From Anaeramoeba ignava BMAN (Eukaryota; Protista; Anaeramoebae): a stretch of DNA of 51,171 nt. Shown one piece after another: positions 1 to 10,583 of the stretch. Within the stretch, counting starts at the first letter, position 1, and every line of letters starts with the position of its first letter. Under the pieces are notes generated by a model that saw nothing but the letters and a program-made list of their open reading frames with translations, was not told the origin of the DNA and searched no databases. A program made the translations under genes and the position numbers. The DNA is taken from NCBI GenBank assembly GCA_028826165.1, contig JAPDFW010000098.1, forward strand, positions 1-51,171, read 5' to 3'.

Positions 1-2060
1 TGCAATTTCATCATCAACAAGATCCAATAAATTCTCTATATTCTTCTTTCTTGCTTCTTCTGATTCTTGCTTTGAACTCAAACTAAATAAGGTTGCCTTC
101 CTACTTCTTGGACTTGATCTTTGCAATCCTATTTTTTTTGGAGAATTCCCAAAATTCGTTTGATGTAATCCCTTTCTGGATAGGGAAAGTCTCCTTGAAA
201 AATTTTGGAAAAATCCAACGTTTTCCATTTTTCTCAAACTTGAAATCAAAATTTCAGAATTCAAAATGCTTTCTTGAATCCATTTCAATAATTCTTCAAT
301 TTCATGAATTTTTGATTCAATTTCGCGATTTTCGGGATTGATTGGCTCGTATATATTGAGTAAATAAATGGATATTTGAATCATTTGAATCCATTCCTGA
401 ATCACGAAAAGATTTGTTGAATAAAATTTAAAAACTAAACCCTTTGTTGTTGAGATTGTGAAAATATTCTTTTTGTCTTTTTGTTGTAATTTTTCAATTT
501 TTGTTGTTTTATCAAGTAGAATTGTTTGTTCTGGGTTTTTTTCCTTGTCGGAAGCATAAATATTTAAATAAAAATTGCTCAATATCAAATATTTCTTTTT
601 CCATCCTTGCGGACTTTCTTGCTGCTTTTCGTATTGATAATAAAGAATCCCATTTTTCTGTATCACAAACTCATTTGTCTTCGTTTCATAATTAAGAATT
701 GAGAGAGCTTTGTTGATTAAAAATCCTTCAGGTAAATCATTAGAAACAAAATTCCTTGTTTCTTTCCTCTCAAAAAATAAAGGTTCATCAACAATTTTTT
801 CATCTGATTTTTGTCCATTTTCTTGATTTGAATCAAAAGCTAATAGCGCTATTGATTCTTGTGTAAAATATCCATCAGATTTTTCTCCTTTGCCAATCCA
901 TTTTTCTTCTTGTTTGGCAAACAATATTCTTGCTGAATCATATTTCCTTAATTCTAAACCATTATGTGCTTCTGATTCTTGGTCTCTTATTGAAATTGCA
1001 TAAGATTCTCCATTGAATTTATTCTTTAATACTAAATAATATTTGAACAACCACAAATTCATCCACAAATCAATAACTTTGAGTCTGTCTCTCATTTTGC
1101 GATTTTCTTGGTCATTTTTTTTGCTTTTAATTTCAAGAATTCTTCGATAAACAATTTCCATTAGTTGAATCAATGATTTTAATGTTGGAATATCTTCAGT
1201 AGTTGATGAATAAGAACAAAATTTCAATATATCTTGACACAAATAAATTATATTTATCCAATCATCCATTTCTTTTTTACTATTTGCTTGAAAATGATAA
1301 TTCTTTTGGTTTTTAGTAATAATTCTAAATGCAAAATTTTCATCATTTTTATTATTTGATTTTGATTTTGATTTTTGATTTGAATTTGCTTTTGTTTTTG
1401 AATCTGAATTTTTCTCTGTTGTTTGAAAACTATCACGAATTACACACATAATTTTATCAATATAAATTGATTTCATTTCATTTTCATTTTCCTTTTCTGA
1501 AGGAAAATATCTTAAAGAAAGATCTTCCAAAACACAATATTTTTTCTTCCATTTTCCATTTGAAGAGCCAATCATTAACCAACCTTTTCTAGAAAAAGGA
1601 AATAATGGTAAACGAGTTGGTTTATAAAGTTTTATTAAAGGAACCGTTTGTTTTTTTAATAAAGCACTTTCCAGATAGCTTGTTTCTGGATTTAAATCAG
1701 TTAAAAAAATTTTCATAATTTCTTGATTAAAATTTTTTTGATATTTTAATTTAGGATCTAATTTAGGATCTATTGGATTTTGGAGTTTTACATAATTTAC
1801 TATTTTTATTCAAATTAATTTTAATTTTAATTTTTTAATTTAATTTTTAATTTTTTATTTTAATTTTAATTTTTCATTTAATTTTTACAAGGAAAAATCC
1901 CTTCAATATTATTTTTAATTAATTTTCCTTTAACCCATTTTTTATTAATTTGTTCGTTAATTATAATCTCATCATTTTCGTTAAAACAAAGTAAACTTAA
2001 ATCGTTAGATCGATAATTTAATCTTGCAATCGCTTTTTGATTTAATAAATTTGTTTCCAT
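1..2060 (-). CDS. SH3-PH-PH domain protein, 3' end beyond the window; exons 2060-1889 and 1799-<1
   Basis: Exon 1 is an SH3 domain (AIARLNY...KKWVKGKL..GIFP). Removing the GT-AG intron 1888-1800 completes the SH3 motif GIFPLNYV. Exon 2 is open to the window edge and has two PH-like domains (RKGWLMIG...WKKKYCVL...YHFQANSKKEMDDWINII; GILYYQ...WKKKYLIL...IQEWIQMI). The ORF track misses it because there is no stop inside the window. Confidence 0.85.
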
Positions 2061-2351
2061 TTTTAATTTCGGTTAAAAAAAAATAAAAAAAAAAAAAAAA
2101 ATAAAAATGAAAAAAAAAAATGAAAAAAAAAAAATGGCAAAAAGAAGAATACTCTTTTTATTTTAATTTATTTTAATTTATTTTTAAAAAAAATTGAAAG
2201 GAAAAATTTAATTTTCTCTCTTTTTTTTCTTCTTTTCTTTTCTTTTCTTTTCTTAATTTTAAAGTGAGAACAGAATTAGAAAAAAATAAAATTAATTTTT
2301 TCATTTTTTCATTTTTTCATTTTTTCATTTTTTTTAATTAATTATTTGGAA

Positions 2352-5300
2352 ATGAATAATTCTAAAATTTTTCCTTCAACTTCTCATCAACTTAGACTTT
2401 TTATTGATTATAAATTAAATCCAAATACTTCTAAATATAATCTTTCATGGATAATTGATATAAATGGAAAATTTAATTTAGAAAGTTTTCAAAAAAGTTG
2501 GATTTATTTAATTCAAAACCAAGAATCATTTAGAACAACTTTTAAAGAAGAAAATGATAAAATTTATCAAATTATTCATCCTAAAAATATAGAAATTCCA
2601 ATTGAAATTATTAATTTAAAGCAAAATAAAAACCCAAAAAAATCAATTAACAAAATTGTCAAATCAAAAATTTATAATCATTTTAATTTGGAAAACTTCC
2701 CTTTATGTTCTTGTTCTATTATTCAATTCAACCAAAATCAATTTAAAATTGTTTTTTGTTTTCATCATATTATCATTGATGGTTATTCAATAGATTTATT
2801 TTTCAATAATTTATCTCTTCTTTATTCTCATTTCAAATCAGATCCAAAATCTCAAAATATTGAATTAAATTTAGATTCTAAAAGAAATCTTTATTCTCAT
2901 TTCAAACCATATCCAAAATCCCAAAATATTGAATTAAATTTAGATTCTAAAAGAAATACAATGGAAGATTATCTAAAATTTGAAGAAAAACTTTTGCAAA
3001 ATTCCAGTAAAATTGAATCAGCAGAAAATTACTGGAAAGATGTTTTCAAGGATTCTTCTCTTGAATTAAAAATTCCAACATGCTATCATTACAACAAAGA
3101 CTCCTTTACAGAATCTGCAAAACGGATTTATTTTCATATCAACAAACAAGAAATGCTTTCAATAGAAAATTTTATTAAACAATACAAAACAACTTTATTC
3201 ATCTATTTAGTATCCGTTTTCCAAGTTTTACTCTTTAAATTTTCAAAACAAAAAACAATTACAATTGGTTATTCAAGTGGGATGTTTTATAGGAAAATTT
3301 TCCCTAATTTGATTGGATTTTTTGTTAATAATCTTCCTTTAAAATCAAAATTCAAAAAAGATTTGTCGTTTCTTCATCTTCTCTCTCAAAATCAAAACAT
3401 GAGAACTCAAACAAAAGAATTTGAATGGTTACCTTTATCAGAAATAATCAAACTACTTAGAAAGGATGAAAATTTTGTTCAAATTAACGCAACAAATTTA
3501 TTTCCTGTTTCTTTTTCAGCAACAAATTTTGCTATGAATGTAAAATTTGAAGATGTTGAAACCAAATCATATCCTGGAGAAATTGCAGAAATTATGAACA
3601 AACTTTCATTTATTTATGAAAAACAAAATGATTCCATTTGTTTTGGTGTGGAATATAACACTTCAATATTTTCTTTAGACTTTATCAATCAACTAATTAC
3701 TTATTACTGTAAATTGATTTCAAGCACTTCACAAAATCCAAATTTACTAGTTTCTGAATATTTATCAACATTTGATGATTCAATTCATCCAAATTTTGAT
3801 TATTCAACAAATTTATCTCAAAATCAATTTTTTATTTTTCAAAAATTTGAAGCTCAAGTCCAAAAACAACCTGATTCAATTGCTTTAATTTATCAAAATC
3901 AATCGATAACCTACAAAAACTTGAATAAAATATCAAATAAATTGGCTCATTTTTTAAGAGATTATTGCCAAGTAAAACCAAATACTTTTGTTGGGATTTG
4001 TCTTGATCGCTCATTTGAATTGATAATTGCAATTTTAAGTGTTTTAAAATCAGGAGCATGTTATGTTGCATTAGATCCTATATATCCCCAAGAAAGACTT
4101 AATTATTTTATCAAAGACACAAAAATTAATACAATTTTAACTTTTGAAAAATATTCCAATTTAATACCAAATTCAGTAAATTACATAATTTTTTTGGATA
4201 ATTTTTATAGAAATGGAAATGGAAATTTTTCTATTAAAATATCAGAAAATTCCCAAAAAAAGAAGAAAGTACAACTCTCTCACATCAGTAAAGATAATCC
4301 AAAAATATGTAATGAACTTAGTGATTTGGCTTATATTATTTACACCTCTGGATCAACTGGAGAACCAAAAGGAGTCATGATTTCACATTCAAATTTATCA
4401 TATAGAATTGACAGTTTACTTACAGCATATTGCATTAATCAAGACGAACAAGAAAGAGAGAAAGAAATATTTCTTCATCAAACATCACATAGTTTTGATA
4501 CTTCAATTGAAGAAATTTTCATTCCATTAACAACAGGAGGAGAAGTTGTGATTCTTCCCCAATCAAAATTTAGAGATATCAACTTAATTTTTGATTTAAT
4601 TTGGCAACATTCAATTACAACAGTAAGCTTTGTTCCATCTTTACTGGAAATTTTCCTGAAATATTTTTTGGAAAATAAAGATGCTTATAGATTAGCATTT
4701 CCTTTGAAAAGAATAATTTCTGGTGGAGAAGAATTGAAAAGAAATGTTGTGGATCTTTATTTTGATTTGAAACTAAATTCAATTAAATTATTCAATAGTT
4801 ATGGACCAACAGAAACAACAATTATTGTTACATCATATAAAATTGACTCAAAATTGGAAAGGAATGAAAAAATACTTATTGGGAAAACTATCCCTCACAC
4901 TTCCATTTATATTCTTGATTCAAAATTAAATCTTGTTCCTATTTTTGCTCCTGGTGAAATTTATATTTCAGGAAAATGTGTTTCTCAAGGTTATATCAAC
5001 AAAGAAGAGCTTACCAAAAAGAAATTCATTCCAAATCCTTTTTCGAAAGATGATTCAAATAAGATTTTATATCGAACAGGAGATCAAGGAAGATTTATGA
5101 AAAATGGAGGAATTGAATTTTTGGGAAGAGTTGATAATCAAATTAAATTAAGAGGAATTAGGATTGAATTGGTGGAAATTGAAAAAGTATTAAATAAACA
5201 TCCAAATATCGTTAATTCAGTTGTTTGTTTATCAAAAGAAAAACAAATTTTGGTTGCTTTTATTATTTATTCTCAAGATTCACAAAAAATAGAAAATCAA

Positions 5301-8300
5301 GAAATATTTTTGGAAAGGAAAAAAAACATTTTAAATTATTTGAAACCAAAATTACATCAAGCAATGATTCCTTCAATTATGATATTTCTTGATTCATTTC
5401 CTTTAACTGTTGGAAAGAAAATTGATAGAGGGAAATTAATGAAGATGGCTCAAGATCCAAAATATTTAAAATTTTCCAAAAATGAAGAATTAAATGATGA
5501 AAAAGAAGAATTCAAACCAAGAAATGAAATTGAAAAACAAATTGAAAACATTTGGAAAGATATTTTACACATTGATAATTGCAAAATTAATGATAACTTC
5601 TTTTCTTTGGGAGGACACTCTTTATCAGTTCTTCTATTTGCATCAAGAATTAGAAATATTTTCCAAATCAATTTACCAATAGATCTTATATTCCGATTCC
5701 CAACTATTATGGAAATTTCAGACTTGATTAAAAATTTTAAAAACCAAAATTTTGAAGATGAAATATTTATGATTGAAAAATTTCCAAATGTAGAATCACC
5801 TTATCCTTTATCATTTGCTCAAGAGAGATTACTTTTTCTTGAGGAATTATCACCAGGAAATTATAATATCTCAATACCAATAAAATTAAATGGTGAATTA
5901 GATATTGAAGCTTTAGAATATTCATTTACTAAATTGTTAAAATTATATCCCATTTTTGGATCCAGAATTTTGATGAAAAATGATAACTATTACCAAGAAT
6001 TTATTGAAAATAGAAATTTCCAAATTGAGAGAAGTGTAATTTCCTCAAAAGAAGTTGATCAAATTATTCGAAAAGAATCAAGCAAACATTTTGATTTATT
6101 CAACGATTTTCTATATAGAGTTAAATTATTTTGCATTATTGATAATGAAAATGAAAAACAAAATATAGATAATTGTGGAAGTTGTCATTATGGTCATAAC
6201 CATCTACTTTTAATTTGTGTTCATCATATTATTTTTGATGGATTTTCTCATGATATCATGAATAAGAAAATATCCTCATTTTATAATTATTATATTGAAA
6301 ACAAGGAGAAAAAAGGGATTGTATCTGAAGAAGAATTGAATGAAATAAATCATAACTTAAATTATATTGATTTTATTCTCTCTCAAAAAAATTGGTTCAA
6401 ATCAGAAAAAATGAACAAATATTTTGAATATTGGAAACAAAAATTAAGTGGATCTTCTTTCCATCTTAATTTACCATTTGATTTCCCAAGAAAAACAAAA
6501 CAAAGTTTCAAGGGTTCCTATTATGAATTTGGAATTGATCAAGTATTATTCAAAAAATTGAAAAATTTTGCAGAAAAAAATAACACAACAATGTTTGTAG
6601 TTATGCTATCAGTTTTCCAAATATTATTATATAGATATTCTAATCAAAATGATATTATTGTTGGAGTTCCATTTTCATCAAGACATTATTCAGGATCAGA
6701 AAATATTATTGGATTGTTTGTAAATTCAATTCCAATAATAACAAAATTTGATAAGCATACAAATCAGAGTTTCAATTCTTTTTTAAGAGAAATTCAAAAA
6801 ACACATGAAGAAGCGCATAAATATCAAGATTTACCTTTTGATAAAATTGTGAAACTACTAAATATTGCACATAATCCTTCACATAATCCCCTTTTCCAAG
6901 TTATGTTTTCATATGAACATTTAAAAGATGGAAGTGTATTTAATTTAAAAAATGTGAAATCCCAAGAAATTTACAATGTTGATTATCAAAGTTCCAAATT
7001 TGATTTATCATTAGAATGCCAAGAAATAAATCATGAATCTCAAAATAAAGAAGATATCACGTTCACTTTTGAATATTGTGTGGATTTATTCAGAAAAGAA
7101 ACAATTATACAAATGGCAAATAATTTGACAAATTTAATTGAATATATTGTGAAAAATGAAGGAAATGAATCAATATTTTTTATTCCATTACTTTCAGAAA
7201 AGGAAAAAGAAAAAATACTATATACTTTTAATTATAAAAAGCTAAACAAAGAAAAGAAAGAAAAAATATTTGCTGAAGATGAAAAACTCTTACATAAAAT
7301 TTTTGAAAAGATTACTAAAGAAAAACCCAAAAATATTGCATTGAATTATCTTGGGAAGGAAATTACTTATCAACAATTAAATGAAAATTCTAATCAATTT
7401 GCAGTTTATTTGATAAACAAATATAAAATTATCCCAAATTCTTTGATTGCTATTGGGATACAACGTTCAATACCACTTATAATAGCAATTATTGGAATTC
7501 TCAAAGCAGGTTGTTGTTTTTTACCTATTGATGTTAATTTACCACAAGAATCATTGATAAATATTATAAAGGATTCAGAGTGTAAATCAATTATTATCAA
7601 TGAAGAAACAAAATCCAAATTCTCATTTTTTGAAGGAAATTTTATCGATATTGATTCAAATGATATTTGGGAGCAAAAAGAAAATATTAATTATGAGGAA
7701 ATACTGCAAAAAATAGAAATAGATGGGAAAAGTTTAGCTTATGTTATTTATACATCTGGAACATCAGGAAAACCCAAAGGAGTTATGATCCAACACCAAG
7801 CAATAACTTTAAGATTATTATCTGCACAAAAACTTTGTCAACTTAATGAAAAAGATAAAATGCTTAATTACACAACAATCGGCTTTGATATTTCTATTGA
7901 AGAGATATTTTGGCCACTTATAGTTGGTGGAACTGTTGTTATTGGAGCAGAAAATATTCATTTTGATATTCCTCAACTTTTGGAAATTATCTCATCTACA
8001 AAAGTTTCTGTGATTGACTTTGTTCCTTCTTATCTTCAAGTATTTCTAGAGAATCACAACATTTTCAAAGATAAGTTGAAACCTTTAAGGATTGTAATTT
8101 GTGGAGGAGAAGCACTTAAATACGATATTATGAACAAGTTTTTCAAAATATTTCCTGAAAATGTTTCATTTTATAATGCTTATGGACCAACAGAAATTAC
8201 GATTGATGCAAGTTATTGGAAATGTGACAAGAATTCGGATCGAGTTTTTATTGGGAAACCTTTAGCAAAAACTTATTTATATATTTTAGATCAATTTTTA

Positions 8301-10394
8301 CAACCTGTTCCTATTGGTGTTTGGGGTAAATAATAATTAAATAATAATTAAAAATTTATCTAAAAATTTATTTAAAATTTAAAATCAAAAGGTCAATTAT
8401 TTGTTGGAGGAATTGGATTGTCTAAAGGATATCTAAATAATCCAGATTTAACAAAGAAGAAATTCATTGCAAATCCTTTTAGTAAAAATTCTGAGAAAAG
8501 ATTATATAAAACTGGAGATATTGTGCGATTTAATCATGAAGGAAATGTTGAATTTTTTGGAAGAAAAGATTCTCAAATAAAATTAAGAGGATATAGAATT
8601 GAAATATCAGGAATTGAATCAATTATTCAAGAGTTTCCATATGTTTCACAAGCAGCAATTAAAATGTTTTCTTTTAATGAAAATGATTATAATTCTTGCT
8701 ATTTAACTGCTTATATTGTTACCAAAAAACCAGAAATTTTGGAAAAAGAAAAATTGATTGAAGAATTGAAGAAATTTGTTTCAAATAAACTTCCTAAATA
8801 TATGATTCCAAGTTTTTATGTAATTTTGAATGAATTACCACTAAATCAAAATGGGAAGATTGAATACAATTTATTGGAAAAACCCAAAATTAATGAAAAG
8901 GAAATTGTGAAAATTGAACAAGAAATTTTGGGAGAAATGGAAAAGAAAATGATTTCAATTTGGCAAAAAATCTTGGGAATTGAGGAAATATCTTTTGATA
9001 GTAATTTTTTTGAACTTGGAGGGAATTCATTGATCTTATTAAGTTTACAATCAAAAATTGATATGGAAATGAAAGAGAAAATACCAATTAACCAATTCTT
9101 TATCAATCAAACACCAAGAAAATTGGTTGAATACATTAATTCTATTCATAATATTCAAAATTTAGAAAGTGAAATTATTACCAATAAAGAAAATAATGAA
9201 AATTTTGGAGATTCAACAATAAAAAAGTTAATTTCTGAAGATTTAAAATTTGAATTGGAGAAAATTGATTTGAAATTTGATTTGGAAAAATTGAAGAATC
9301 CAGATGGTATTTTCTTAACAGGAGCAACAGGATTTCTTGGCTCATTTTTATTATTTGATTTATTAAAACAATTTGAACAACAAAAAACACCAATTTATTG
9401 TTTAGTTAGAGCAAATGAGAATGAAAATGGAAAACAAAAAATTGAAAGAATAATGAAAGAAAATTTGATTTGGAAAGAAGAATTTAAAGAAAGAATTATA
9501 GCAATAGAAGGAGATTTATCCAAAACAAATCTTGGAATGGAAGAAAATGAATTCAACGAATTATCCAAAAAAGTATCATTAATATATCATTGTGGAGCAA
9601 TTGTCAATTTTATTTATCCTTATGAAAAAGTGAGGAATACAAATATCCTTTCAACAAAAGAAATCATCAAGTTATCGTGTTTGAATCAATTAAAAACAAT
9701 CAATTATATATCAACAATTTCTGTTTTAGAATTTTATGAGGAAGATTATGAAGAAATTGATGAAACATTTCCATTGTATATTCACAATAATCTTTATTCA
9801 AGTGATGGTTATACACAAACAAAAACCGTTTCTGAATTGCTGATTTTGAAAGCAAAGGAAAAGGGGATTCCAATTAAAATTTACAGACCATCAAGAATTA
9901 TGGGAGATTCTTTAAATAATTGTTATAACGAAAAAGATTTCCTTGTTAATTTTATAAAGGGAGTTTATCATATGAAAATTACTCCTGATATAGATTTATT
10001 AGAAGATTGTTTACCTGTTGATTATGTTTCTCAATCAATTGTTTCTTTATCTATTCAACCTGATTTATTTGGTCAAGTTTTCCATTTATTTAATTCTCAA
10101 AAAATTTCTTGGAATGAAATTATCTCAATTATGAATTCAAATTCTCTTCAAGTTTCTACTCTTTCTTATAAGGAATGGAGGAAATGTTTTGTTAATTCAA
10201 AAGATGATGATTTAAATCCACTTTCTAATTTTTGGTTTTTATTTGATGAAAATGGAGATTTTTTTAAGAATAGAAGAGAGAATTTTAAATATTTAAATAA
10301 GAAAACCAATTTAAAAATTGAATATTTAATTAATTCTTTAAAAGATCTAAAAGAATTATTTACTTTTTATTTAAATTCGATGAAATTAAATTAA
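2352..10394 (+). CDS. Bimodular nonribosomal peptide synthetase C-A-T-C-A-T-R (terminal thioester reductase); exons 2352-8325 and 8392-10394, 2658 aa
   Basis: C1 HHIIIDG (2763). A1 YTSGSTGEPKG (4341), FDTS, SGGE, NSYGPTETT, YRTGD, QIKLRGIRIE. T1 FFSLGGHSL (Ser at 5619). C2 HHIIFDG (6222). A2 YTSGTSGKPKG (7749), CGGE, NAYGPTE, YKTGD, NGK. T2 FFELGGNSL (Ser at 9027). R domain TGATGFLG (9318), YISTIS, YTQTK (YxxxK), RPSRI. The ATG is at 2352 (the ORF track uses TTG 2346). Splicing 8326-8391 joins the two ORFs in frame (7977 nt total). Confidence 0.97.
2820..2957 (+). repeat. 69-bp (23-aa) in-frame tandem duplication inside the NRPS C1 domain
   Basis: LYSHFKSDPKSQNIELNLDSKRN / LYSHFKPYPKSQNIELNLDSKRN; copies at 2820-2888 and 2889-2957, nearly identical in DNA. 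Confidence 0.95.
8326..8391 (+). other. 66-nt phase-1 spliceosomal intron in the NRPS A2 domain
   Basis: TGGG|gtaaataat...aaaatcaaaag|GTCAA. It contains in-frame stops, and its removal restores the A6 core motif PIGVW-G-QLFVGGIGLSKGY. Confidence 0.95.
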
Positions 10395-10583
10395 TTTAGA
10401 AATTAAAATTAAAATTAAAATTAAAATTAAAATATTTTTCCAACATTTTTTTCTCAATTTTGTTTAAATTTACGTCAAGTTTTTTTTTGTCAAATTTTTT
10501 TTCCTTTTTTTAATTTTTTTTTTTTAATTTTTTTTTTTCATTTTTTTTTTTCATTTTTTTCTTTTCATTTTTTTTTTTTCATT

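Noticed and set aside
2352-10394. NRPS as bacterial contamination or a chimeric contig
   Set aside because: It has a host-style GT-AG intron restoring a core motif, host-like AT content and loop insertions, and short eukaryotic-style intergenic flanks. Read-level confirmation is still desirable.
7270-10394. Lys2-type alpha-aminoadipate reductase or carboxylic acid reductase (A-T-R) of primary metabolism
   Set aside because: The A-T-R is preceded in frame by an intact C-A-T-C, and both A domains keep the Asp that binds alpha-amino groups.
8418-10394. Separate 658-aa gene, as in the ORF track
   Set aside because: It starts at a TTG in the middle of an A domain; it is exon 2 of the NRPS.
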